Part shown: positions 55,869 through 64,000 of the stretch, one piece after another
How positions within the stretch are numbered: position 1 is the stretch's first letter
Layout of the letters: each line of letters starts with the position of its first letter
NCBI GenBank assembly: GCA_014075215.1
Contig: CP046177.1
Coordinates: forward strand, 183,291 to 247,290
Reading direction: 5' to 3'
DNA: 64,000 bases
DNA from: Flavobacteriaceae bacterium
Lineage (GTDB): Bacteria; Bacteroidota; Bacteroidia; Flavobacteriales; Flavobacteriaceae
Notes under the pieces: model-generated
The model's database searches: none
What the model was told of the DNA's origin: nothing
The model's input: only the letters and a program-made list of their open reading frames with translations
Translations under genes and position numbers: made by a program

Positions 55869-56822
55869 CTAAAAAATTAAATCTTTTACAGACCTAATTT
55901 TAATATCTAATTCCCTTACTAGATTCTTTTCTAGTGTATTTTTACTGACTTCTTTTAATAATTCCTTTACGACAGATTTCATTTTACTACGTTTACTTCT
56001 AGGGTTTATAACATCAAAATCTAAATCGGATATAATATTTATTACCTTATCAAATCCCAGTTTATCTATACCATGATATGAAAGGTACTGATACAGTCCA
56101 CTATGTCTATACAATAAATGAACTGGGTCTTTACCTATTGATAATTTATTAACCTTATGATAATCTTTTAACCAAAGTTCCTTCAACTTATTTTGAACAG
56201 TATCGTCAAATAAAGATTTTAAATATACTTGCTCTAAATTAAATCGCTGCTTTAAATTCTTTTTAAGCCTTATTTCGTAGCGTAGAATGTTTTTATTATG
56301 ATATTCGATAGGTATTGAGTAAAACACCTCTTTATTCCCATTTTTTAACTCTTTTATTTTATCATAAAAAATTAATGATTTTGAAGCCCATTTTGTAAAA
56401 AATGTGACAGAATCTTTATAACGATTAGTTTCAAGTCGAGGAAAAGAAATTAAAGAACTAATATATTCATGAACTGAATAATCTACCTCAATATTATATC
56501 CATAATCAACTCTAGTCAATATTGCCTTTTTCATGTTCACATTAATATTGTCTGAAAGCATATTAACAGCTTCTTTAATTGTCTTTCTGTTTAAATGAAG
56601 AAGATTATTACCAAAGTGAAATTTAGACAAAGAACCATTAAAATAAAGTTTATAAGGTTTGTAGTTTTCATTAAGTATAAAAGTAATCTTCATATTTGAA
56701 AGATTTAGTGAAGCTGTATAACCACTATCAGATGTAGATATCTTGGCTTCGCTAATTAACTCCTTAAAATTTGAGTTCTCTTTTGGTTTTATGTCTAAAT
56801 ACCCCTTTATTGTATCAATCAT
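55869..56822 (-). CDS. Putative rolling-circle replication initiator (phage/plasmid gene II/X-like)
   Basis: 317-aa ORF. The N-terminal MIDTIKGYL and the central FYDKIKEL...NILRYEIRLKK pattern match my recall of the Phage_CRI (gene II/X) family. This is not verified by a search. Confidence 0.5.
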   Translation of the reverse strand: MIDTIKGYLDIKPKENSNFKELISEAKISTSDSGYTASLNLSNMKITFILNENYKPYKLYFNGSLSKFHFGNNLLHLNRKTIKEAVNMLSDNINVNMKKAILTRVDYGYNIEVDYSVHEYISSLISFPRLETNRYKDSVTFFTKWASKSLIFYDKIKELKNGNKEVFYSIPIEYHNKNILRYEIRLKKNLKQRFNLEQVYLKSLFDDTVQNKLKELWLKDYHKVNKLSIGKDPVHLLYRHSGLYQYLSYHGIDKLGFDKVINIISDLDFDVINPRSKRSKMKSVVKELLKEVSKNTLEKNLVRELDIKIRSVKDLIF

Positions 56823-56885
56823 AAGTGTTTCCTTTTTATGGAAATTAGTATAGCTTATTATACCGAGTTATATATTCAATAATTT

Positions 56886-57194
56886 TCATAACGATTTGTT
56901 TTTAAGGTTCAACAAATTGTTAGCCACCATTGTTTCAATATCGTCTGTAGATTGAATACGGTTTTTCAAAATGAAATTCTCTAAATCTCTACGCTTAATA
57001 AAAATGAGTTTTCCTGAAGGTTTGGAATAAGGAATTTGATTAGAAGTAATCAATTTTTGCATATAAGAGTAACTTACTCCTATTACAAAAGATGCTTCTT
57101 TAATTGTATAGATGCGTTTACGATAGAGATGACTTTTTTTGATTTCTCTTTTGAGGCTTCTTATCTCACGAACTAGTTGTGCAATTCTTGCCAT
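56886..57194 (-). CDS. Excisionase-type helix-turn-helix DNA-binding protein
   Basis: 102-aa ORF. YTIKEASFVIGVSYSYMQKLITSNQIPYSKPSGKLIFIKRRDLENF is MerR/Xis-like. It lies directly downstream of the integrase gene. Confidence 0.65.
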   Translation of the reverse strand: MARIAQLVREIRSLKREIKKSHLYRKRIYTIKEASFVIGVSYSYMQKLITSNQIPYSKPSGKLIFIKRRDLENFILKNRIQSTDDIETMVANNLLNLKNKSL

Positions 57195-57259
57195 AATGAA
57201 TAATTTAAAAGCTATTATGGCACAAATCTCTTACATAATAGAAGTTTAATTGATAAGTA

Positions 57260-59047
57260 TTAAGGTAGTGGGATAGTAGTACTTATTTCATCTATTATGT
57301 CATTTGTAATGTATTCAAATGCTTTGTGCTTATCTTCACTTAAAGCTTTACTCAGTTGGTTATTTTTAAATGGTTCTCCATTTTTATTGATAAAATGATG
57401 AATTACTAATTGATGTCTAAATCGTTTAGTTTCATTATTTAGATAGTTGTTTTCAATCAATAAATCGATTAAATTCGTTATCTGAAACTCAGTTCCGAGC
57501 CATTGAATTTTTTTATCCCATTGGTTCTCAAAATGAAATTTAAAATCATCATTTTTTTCATCAATTAGTTTGTTTTTAATTAACACTTTGTATAGGAAAT
57601 TGATAAATTCTTTTTTGTTTAAATCAGGGTTAAGTAAAAAGGATTTTTTTCTATTTATTCTTAATGGATTAGTGGTATCATTATTATTTTCAATTTTTGA
57701 AAGTTTTGTATCAATAATTCTTTTCAACTTAATTAACCTCAACTGAAAATCATAATACTTTTCATCTTTATGTTCGATTTTAAGCAGGAGTTCAATTATA
57801 TCATTTTCATATTGTTCGAAATACTCATCATAAAACCATTCACCAGAAATTCTATCTCTATGACCACCACCATAGAAATCATCTAACACCAAATAACTAA
57901 AATGAGTTTCAAAATTGTGTAGTATTCTATCCTCAAAATATTCAACCTTTTTCTTTACTTCTTGTAGTTCTATAATATAAAATTCTAAATTTACCATACT
58001 ATTAACGGCTTTTTGTTTTTCCTCGTCAATAACTTTTGCATACACTAAAGTACTTTTTATATCTTTATGCCCCATAAGTTTTGAGATAGTAAAAATATTA
58101 ACTCCAGCAGTAACTAGTAATGTTGCAAAAGTGTGCCTTGCACAATGAAAATGTACTTTTTTATCAATCCCAGTCAGTTTAATAAGTTTCTTAACTGTCC
58201 TATTCATTGAACTAATATGGTCTGAAAGATTGAATACAAATTCTTCATTGTGAGTTTGTTTGTTTAAAATATTCCGAGCGTTATTATTTAAAGGTATATA
58301 AACCGTATTCTTAGTTTTATTTTGTATTAATTGTATTCTGTTATCCTTAATGTTAGACCATTTCAAATTTTTAATATCCGATGCCCTAAGCCCACTATAA
58401 CAACTAAATAAAAAAGCATTCTTTGAATCGTTGTCCCAAAAATCGGTAGAAATTATTTTTTGTATTTCATCCTTTGTTAAAAATACAATTTCGGTTTCTT
58501 TCTTTTTAGGTCTTTCAATAAATCTAATAGGATTTTCAACAATGATTTTTTCTTTAATAGCTTGATTAAGTGTTGCATTGATTTTATTGGTATAAGTAAC
58601 AATAGAGTTATTTGCCAACTCTTTACTTTTAAGGTATTCAATGAAATTTTCAATCCAACTAACCGAAATGTTTTCAAAAGTCAATTTTTTGCCTTGAAAT
58701 TTAATAAGGTGTTTTAAGGTGTTATCCCAAGCTGTTTTTGTCTTTTCACTTTTCTTGTTTCCTAACTTTTCAAAATAGAGTATGAAATTTGCCTTTTGTA
58801 ATTGCCTTGATACTAAACCATTTTTTGCATTACCCAATTCAATTTCCAATTTTGCTCTTATATTTTCAACTAACCGTTCTTTTTGTTTTCTAACCTCTTT
58901 GGTGTCGGTTGTATTAAAGGTTACTTCTTTTATGGTTTCCCTTACTCGTTTTCCGTTTAAGGTATAATCTAATTGTTTTCTATAAGGTCTATTCTTACGA
59001 GAGTTATTTTTATTCCCAATATACTTTGTTCTTAAATTTACTGACAT
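57260..59047 (-). CDS. Tyrosine site-specific integrase with a 243-aa C-terminal extension
   Basis: 595-aa ORF. The catalytic set is readable: R221 (GLRASD), H301-x-x-R304 (HCARH), H327 (MGHKD) and Y336 (LVYAKV). The core ends at about residue 352. Residues 353-595 (57260..57991) form an additional domain of unknown family. Confidence 0.8.
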   Translation of the reverse strand: MSVNLRTKYIGNKNNSRKNRPYRKQLDYTLNGKRVRETIKEVTFNTTDTKEVRKQKERLVENIRAKLEIELGNAKNGLVSRQLQKANFILYFEKLGNKKSEKTKTAWDNTLKHLIKFQGKKLTFENISVSWIENFIEYLKSKELANNSIVTYTNKINATLNQAIKEKIIVENPIRFIERPKKKETEIVFLTKDEIQKIISTDFWDNDSKNAFLFSCYSGLRASDIKNLKWSNIKDNRIQLIQNKTKNTVYIPLNNNARNILNKQTHNEEFVFNLSDHISSMNRTVKKLIKLTGIDKKVHFHCARHTFATLLVTAGVNIFTISKLMGHKDIKSTLVYAKVIDEEKQKAVNSMVNLEFYIIELQEVKKKVEYFEDRILHNFETHFSYLVLDDFYGGGHRDRISGEWFYDEYFEQYENDIIELLLKIEHKDEKYYDFQLRLIKLKRIIDTKLSKIENNNDTTNPLRINRKKSFLLNPDLNKKEFINFLYKVLIKNKLIDEKNDDFKFHFENQWDKKIQWLGTEFQITNLIDLLIENNYLNNETKRFRHQLVIHHFINKNGEPFKNNQLSKALSEDKHKAFEYITNDIIDEISTTIPLP

Positions 59048-59141
59048 ATCATTAGGTTTAGTTTTCTAAATTTAAAAGATAAATTCTACTCAAGTGACAG
59101 ATACGTGACACTTTTTTGTAACAATCTGCTATAATATGCAA

Positions 59142-59168
59142 CAAAAATAGGTTGCCGAATGACAACCT
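59142..59168 (-). terminator. Rho-independent terminator downstream of lysS
   Basis: On the minus strand it reads AGGTTG TCATTCGG CAACCT followed by ATTTTTG (plus-strand stems 59149-59154 and 59163-59168). Confidence 0.5.
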
Positions 59169-59230
59169 ATAGTAAGTATGAAGTGAGTACTTATTTAATA
59201 CTCATCTTTAAAGTTTATAATATTAAAACA

Positions 59231-60919
59231 CTAAATAACCTCTACAATTAAGCCATTTTCTGTTTTGGAAACTTTAGCTAAGTTATTTTTAGTCAGTTCT
59301 TTAATTGCTTTATCCCATTTCTTATTAGATAATTCAGCTTTAACTTTAATGTCACTTAAAGCACTGCCAGAATGTTCTTTTAAAATGCCTAATATCACTT
59401 TTGCTTCATCACTAATTGCCACTTGTTTTTTCTCTGGTCTCATTTGCGGAAAAAAAAGCACTTCCTGAATAGACTGATTATTCGTTAAAAACATCACCAA
59501 CCGATCCATACCAATTCCCATTCCGGAAGTTGGCGGCATTCCATATTCCAAAGCCCGTAGAAAATCATCGTCAATAAATTTGGTAGCCTCATTATCGCCT
59601 TTAGCAGCCAGTTGCAGTTGAGCTTCAAAACGTTCTCTCTGATCTATAGGATCATTTAACTCGGAATAAGCATTGGCAATTTCTTTTCCGCATACCATCA
59701 GCTCAAAACGCTCTGTTAACTCGGGATGATCTCTATGCTCTTTACATAAAGGGCTCATTTCTTTTGGGTAATCTATAATAAAAGTGGGTTGGATATAATT
59801 TTTTTCACATTTTTCACCAAAAATCTCATCAATTAATTTCCCTTTGCCCATCGTATCATCTACCTCGATGTTCATAGATTTTGTAGCTTCGCGGATTTCA
59901 TCTTCCGTTTTTCCGTTAATATCAAAACCGGTGAAATCCTTAATGGCATCTGCCATCGTAACCCTAGCGTAAGGCGCTTTAAAATCTATTTCATGTGCTC
60001 CATAAGTAGCTTTTGAAGTTCCATTTACTGCAATTGCACAATGCTCTAATAATTGCTCGGCAAAATTCATCATCCAGTTATAATCCTTATACGCCACGTA
60101 AATTTCCATTGCCGTAAACTCAGGATTATGTGTCTTATCCATTCCTTCATTTCTAAAGTTTTTAGAAAATTCATACACGCCATCAAATCCACCGACAATT
60201 AACCTTTTCAAATAGAGCTCATTGGCAATTCTCATATACAGCGGGATTCCTAAAGCGTTGTGATGTGTTACAAAAGGTTTTGCTGCTGCACCACCTGCAA
60301 TAGGTTGTAAAACAGGAGTTTCTACCTCAAAATAACCGGCATTATTGAAAAAAGTACGCATTGCATTAAACAGCTTGGTTCTTTTAATAAAAACCTCTTT
60401 TACATGTGGGTTCACTACCAAATCCGCATACCGTTGCCTGTAACGAAGTTCGGTATCTGTAAAAGCATCAAATACAACACCGTCTTTTTCTTTTGGAAAA
60501 GGCAATGGTTTTAATGCTTTACTTAATAAGGTAAAATTTTTAACCAGTACTGTTTTCTCTCCGACTTTAGTGGTAAACAATTCTCCTTCAATACCCACAA
60601 AATCCCCTAGGTCTAATAGTTTTTTAAAAACTTCATTGTATTTGGATTTATCTTCCCCCGGACAAATTTCATCACGATTAAAATAAACCTGAATCCTGCC
60701 TTTACTGTCCTGCAACTGTGCAAAAGAAGCTTTTCCCTGAATATTAATAGCCATTAACCTTCCTGCAATTACAACGGAGTTTCCTTCTTTAAAAGTTGTT
60801 TTTATGGCTTCGGAATTTGTAGTTACCGGGTAAATGCCTGCCGGATACGGATTAATTCCTAAAGCTCTAAGCCTGGAAAGTTTTTTTCTTCTGACAATTT
60901 CTTGCTCCGATAACTGCAT
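59231..60919 (-). CDS. lysS: lysine--tRNA ligase (class II)
   Basis: 562-aa ORF with an OB anticodon-binding domain. It has class II motifs (FRNEGMDKTHNPEFTAME, GIGMDRLVMFLT) and a C-terminal extension of about 60 aa. Confidence 0.95.
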   Translation of the reverse strand: MQLSEQEIVRRKKLSRLRALGINPYPAGIYPVTTNSEAIKTTFKEGNSVVIAGRLMAINIQGKASFAQLQDSKGRIQVYFNRDEICPGEDKSKYNEVFKKLLDLGDFVGIEGELFTTKVGEKTVLVKNFTLLSKALKPLPFPKEKDGVVFDAFTDTELRYRQRYADLVVNPHVKEVFIKRTKLFNAMRTFFNNAGYFEVETPVLQPIAGGAAAKPFVTHHNALGIPLYMRIANELYLKRLIVGGFDGVYEFSKNFRNEGMDKTHNPEFTAMEIYVAYKDYNWMMNFAEQLLEHCAIAVNGTSKATYGAHEIDFKAPYARVTMADAIKDFTGFDINGKTEDEIREATKSMNIEVDDTMGKGKLIDEIFGEKCEKNYIQPTFIIDYPKEMSPLCKEHRDHPELTERFELMVCGKEIANAYSELNDPIDQRERFEAQLQLAAKGDNEATKFIDDDFLRALEYGMPPTSGMGIGMDRLVMFLTNNQSIQEVLFFPQMRPEKKQVAISDEAKVILGILKEHSGSALSDIKVKAELSNKKWDKAIKELTKNNLAKVSKTENGLIVEVI

Positions 60920-61001
60920 ATCTAATCTGAATATCTTGATAAAGAAACGGCAAAGTTAATCAATTGTAAGAATTGAAGAAGCAAGTAAGATCGGAAAAAA
61001 A

Positions 61002-61031
61002 GTTGCTTTAATTAAAAAAAAGCGTATATTT
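61002..61031 (+). promoter_or_regulatory. Bacteroidota-type promoter (TTG -33 / TAnnTTTG -7) with no downstream ORF
   Basis: TTG (61002-61004), a 19-nt spacer, then TATATTTG (61024-31). This matches the published Bacteroides/Flavobacterium sigma-A consensus. The next + strand gene is 800 bp away, behind a minus-strand gene. Confidence 0.4.
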
Positions 61032-61173
61032 GCGGGCTACTTATTTTTAACAAGTAGTATTTAGTAGTATTTAGTTGTGTTTAGTGCTTTTCTAAAGTAC
61101 TGTTGTTTGTTAATCAATAGAAAGCTTCCCTAAAACGGGTTGCTTTTTTATTTTGGATGGGATTAAACGTCAT

Positions 61174-61674
61174 TTAAAAGAAAAGTGTTTTGTGGTCCCA
61201 GAATTTTGAGATATACAAGCCGGCAAAAATAAGGCTGACTAAAAATTTTAAGCCTGTAGAAAACAAAAAACCGACAAATGCACCAAAAGCTGCTTTGAAA
61301 GCTCTATTTGAATTAGTACTGTCAAACATCATTTCTCCGACAAAAGCCCCGGCGAAAGGTCCGATTATAATTCCCAAAGGCCCGAAAAAGAGTAATCCTA
61401 TCAGCAAACCTATAGAAGTTCCATAAATTCCATATTTACTTCCGCCAAATTTTTTGGTTCCCAAAGCAGGAATTACATAATCGATAAGCCATATAAAAAT
61501 GGCAATACCCAAGGTAATTCCCAGGAATACCCAGTTCATTTCTATTACAGAAATCATATGAAAAATTAAAAGTCCGAACCAACTTGTAAGCGGCCCCGGG
61601 AGAACAGGTAAAAATGAGCCAATAATTCCTGAAATAATGAGTATAAAGCCTAATAATAGTAGAAAAATATCCAT
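61174..61674 (-). CDS. DUF456-family membrane protein
   Basis: 166-aa ORF with 4 TM helices and Gly-rich segments (GPLGIIIGPFAGAFVGE). Confidence 0.6.
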   Translation of the reverse strand: MDIFLLLLGFILIISGIIGSFLPVLPGPLTSWFGLLIFHMISVIEMNWVFLGITLGIAIFIWLIDYVIPALGTKKFGGSKYGIYGTSIGLLIGLLFFGPLGIIIGPFAGAFVGEMMFDSTNSNRAFKAAFGAFVGFLFSTGLKFLVSLIFAGLYISKFWDHKTLFF

Positions 61675-61834
61675 GAAGATTGCTAGTTGTACCTTATATT
61701 AACGCAAAAGCAGAAATTTTGTTATCAAAGATTTTAAAAATGTTCTAAATGATTTCTTTTTTTACAGGTTGCTAGCGATTTTATATAACTTTGTTTTTAA
61801 GGAATGAATCTGAGGTTATTGACTGCTTACAGCG

Positions 61835-62794
61835 ATGGATAAAAAAATAAAAAAAGTAACCGTACAAAGACGGAGTTATAGTAACGGAAAACTATTGCTG
61901 ACAGGAGAATATGTTGTTTTAGACGGTGCGGTAGCATTAGCTGTGCCTACTACTTTCGGGCAAGATTTGGTTGTAGAAACAATTGAAAACAAACAGTTGA
62001 TATGGAGTAGTTTTACCAATAAAGGAGTATGTTGGTTTGAAGCAGTATTTGATGTACCAAAATTGCGATTGGCTACTGCTACATTTAGCTCAAGCCGGGA
62101 AGGAAATACTGATTTTATTGCTGAAACATTGCAACATATTTTACAGGAAGCTCAAAAATTAAACCCCTGTTTTTTAAGTTCGGAATACGGGTTTTCAGTA
62201 AAAACAACTCTGACGTTTCCGAGAAATTGGGGTCTGGGAAGCTCTTCCACACTCATCAATAATATTGCTCATTGGGCAGAGATAGATGCATATCAATTAC
62301 TATGGAGTGCATTTTCGGGAAGTGGATACGATATTGCCTGTGCTCAAAACAGTAATCCTCTTTTTTATCAGTTAAAACATCAAAAGCCTGTTGTAAAAAA
62401 AGTGAATTTTAATCCGGACTTTAAAGACCAATTGTTTTTTATCCATTTGAATCAGAAGCAAAATAGTAGAGACGGAATTATCCGATATAAAAAAAATGCT
62501 GGAAATATTGAAAAAGAAATTCGGAATATTTCGGCAATTTCTTCTGAAATAATTAATACTAAGTCACTTATCGCTTTTTCACAATTAATGGAAGAACACG
62601 AACAAATGATCAGTTCTATCGTGAATATAAAACCTGTTAAAGAAAGATTATTTTCCGATTATTTTGGAACCATTAAAAGCCTCGGTGCCTGGGGAGGTGA
62701 TTTTATATTAGTGACCGGAAATGAAGAGACTCCGGAATATTTTAGAAAAAAAGGCTATAAAACGATTCTTCCTTACAGGGAGATGGTTTTATAA
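61835..62794 (+). CDS. GHMP-family kinase, probable mevalonate or phosphomevalonate kinase
   Basis: 319-aa ORF with LLLTGEYVVLDGAVALAVP and the GHMP motif PRNWGLGSSSTL. It is adjacent to mvaD. Confidence 0.65.
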   Translation: MDKKIKKVTVQRRSYSNGKLLLTGEYVVLDGAVALAVPTTFGQDLVVETIENKQLIWSSFTNKGVCWFEAVFDVPKLRLATATFSSSREGNTDFIAETLQHILQEAQKLNPCFLSSEYGFSVKTTLTFPRNWGLGSSSTLINNIAHWAEIDAYQLLWSAFSGSGYDIACAQNSNPLFYQLKHQKPVVKKVNFNPDFKDQLFFIHLNQKQNSRDGIIRYKKNAGNIEKEIRNISAISSEIINTKSLIAFSQLMEEHEQMISSIVNIKPVKERLFSDYFGTIKSLGAWGGDFILVTGNEETPEYFRKKGYKTILPYREMVL

Positions 62795-62887
62795 TTACTT
62801 CGGTAAATTTTAAAGTTGTTTCCGGGGACAACGGTTAGGATAAATATGAATGCGAATAGTCTTATCTTTGTTCAAAAATAAGGACTT

Positions 62888-63970
62888 TTGAATACGGACC
62901 AATTTATTCCAAAAACACTTTCGGAAAGTATTTCCGGATTTAATGTAACTTGGCAGACTCCTAGCAATATTGCATTGGTAAAGTATTGGGGGAAAACAGA
63001 ACCTCAGATACCAAAAAATGCATCTGTAAGTTTCACTTTGAATAATTGCCATACGATCACAAGTATTGATTTTGTCAAGAAAAAAAAATCGGATTTGGTT
63101 CATTTTGAGTTGTACTTTGAAGGGAAGAAAAAAGATGATTTTAAACCAAAAATTGCCACTTTTTTTAAACGAATAACTACCTATTGCCCCTATATCTTTG
63201 ATTACGAAATGGTCATTCGATCTGAAAACTCATTTCCGCACAGTAGCGGAATTGCCTCTTCGGCAAGTGGTTTAAGTGCTATTGCCATGTGCCTGATGAG
63301 CTTGGAAAAGTTACTGACCGGAGAGGGAGCAAGCGAAGATTTTATAAAACGGAAAGCATCATTTTTAGCACGTTTGGGATCGGGAAGTGCCAGCAGAAGT
63401 ATAGAAGGCCCTGTAGTGGTATGGGGAGAACACCCGGAAATTGAAGGGAGCTCCAATTTGTTTGGAACAAAATTTAATAATGAGGTACATCCTGTTTTTG
63501 GCAATTATCAAGATACCATTCTATTGGTAGACACAGGAGAAAAACAGGTAAGCAGTACATTAGGACATAATCTCATGCACAATCATCCTTTTGCCAGGCA
63601 GCGTTTTCAGCAGGCAAATGAAAACCTCTCTCAATTAAAACAAATTCTCATACAAGGGAATACAGATGATTTTATTACTCTGGTAGAGAGTGAAGCATTG
63701 GCATTGCATGCAATGATGCTAACAAGTGATCCGTATTTTATTTTGATGAAACCCAATACGTTGAAGATTATTAACGAAATATGGGAATACAGAAAAAAAC
63801 AGGATAGTACCGTTTGTTTTACACTGGATGCAGGAGCTAATGTTCATGTACTATACCCGGAAAATGAAAAAGAGAATATTTTGCAGTTTATTGAAAATCA
63901 ACTTTCTAAATACTGTAAAAAAAATCAGTATATTTGCGATCATGTAGGTTTAGGTGCTTTGAAAAAATAA
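62888..63970 (+). CDS. mvaD: diphosphomevalonate decarboxylase
   Basis: 360-aa ORF (TTG start in the track) with PSNIALVKYWGK, NSFPHSSGIASSASG and ARLGSGSASRS motifs. Confidence 0.85.
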   Translation: MNTDQFIPKTLSESISGFNVTWQTPSNIALVKYWGKTEPQIPKNASVSFTLNNCHTITSIDFVKKKKSDLVHFELYFEGKKKDDFKPKIATFFKRITTYCPYIFDYEMVIRSENSFPHSSGIASSASGLSAIAMCLMSLEKLLTGEGASEDFIKRKASFLARLGSGSASRSIEGPVVVWGEHPEIEGSSNLFGTKFNNEVHPVFGNYQDTILLVDTGEKQVSSTLGHNLMHNHPFARQRFQQANENLSQLKQILIQGNTDDFITLVESEALALHAMMLTSDPYFILMKPNTLKIINEIWEYRKKQDSTVCFTLDAGANVHVLYPENEKENILQFIENQLSKYCKKNQYICDHVGLGALKK

Positions 63971-64000
63971 TTTTTTTGGTTTTAATGAAATTAAAAACAA

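Noticed and set aside
59048-59141. Looked for a tRNA/tmRNA gene or an att direct repeat next to the integrase gene
   Set aside because: I saw no cloverleaf-compatible sequence. I also found no 12-bp-or-longer match by eye to 52771-53076 or 50373-50493; only AT-rich 8-10-mers such as TTTTCTAAAT recur. The att site remains undefined rather than absent.
59184-59204. Hairpin TGAGTA-9 nt-TACTCA just after the lysS stop, considered as the lysS terminator
   Set aside because: On the lysS (minus) strand it is not followed by a T-tract. The hairpin at 59149-59168, which has ATTTTTG after it, fits better.
60920-61001. Riboswitch or T-box leader upstream of lysS. I also noted a possible minus-strand promoter, TAACTTTG (complement of 60951-60958).
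   Set aside because: The leader is only about 30 nt and shows no conserved structured domain. The -7-like motif has a poorly spaced -33 TTG, so I did not list it as a feature.

Overview
This is a low-GC chromosomal segment whose gene content looks like Bacteroidota, class Flavobacteriia. All product names come from motifs I recognise in the supplied translations; no searches were run.

Conserved backbone, in order:
- an lptD-like gene (partial), an Amidase_3/SPOR amidase and an MlaD-family protein
- a 2OG-Fe(II) oxygenase
- a two-gene Fe-S oxidoreductase pair, split by about 7.9 kb of foreign DNA
- a SPOR protein, menA, SRPBCC, VOC and menC
- a MATE exporter
- a crotonase, queD and TolC
- a cytochrome-oxidase accessory block: SCO, DUF420, subunits III/IV and heme O synthase
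- a laminarin-type polysaccharide utilisation locus (PUL): propeller/Y_Y_Y/LuxR regulator, SusC, SusD, two surface lipoproteins, GH3, GH16 and a truncated CBM-like protein
- lysS, DUF456, and two mevalonate-pathway genes

Four accessory patches interrupt this backbone:
1. 6.4-14.3 kb: small orphan genes, including a DUF1629/Imm11-like immunity-type gene. A repeated hairpin element follows two cassette stop codons. A nest of ISL3-like (ISAon1-type), IS3 and IS1595 elements has boundaries I could reconstruct from target-site duplications.
2. 18.7-22.1 kb: an HTH-methyltransferase-like gene destroyed by ISL3-like and IS3 insertions.
3. 23.6-26.3 kb: a decayed M57-peptidase/FG-GAP repeat gene, bracketed by about 116-bp direct repeats of the MATE gene 3' end.
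4. 49.1-59.1 kb: IS110 and IS4 elements, two lipoprotein genes, and a compact co-oriented island next to lysS.

The island next to lysS is the best candidate for something undescribed. It carries a tyrosine integrase with a 243-aa C-terminal extension, an excisionase-like HTH, a gene II/X-like rolling-circle Rep, an inverted-repeat-flanked AT-rich intergenic region, and an HNH::SF2-helicase fusion coupled to a 181-aa ORF. A highly structured ~200-nt non-coding region sits beside it.

Several conserved genes carry homopolymer-associated frameshifts, so sequencing error must be excluded before calling them pseudogenes.
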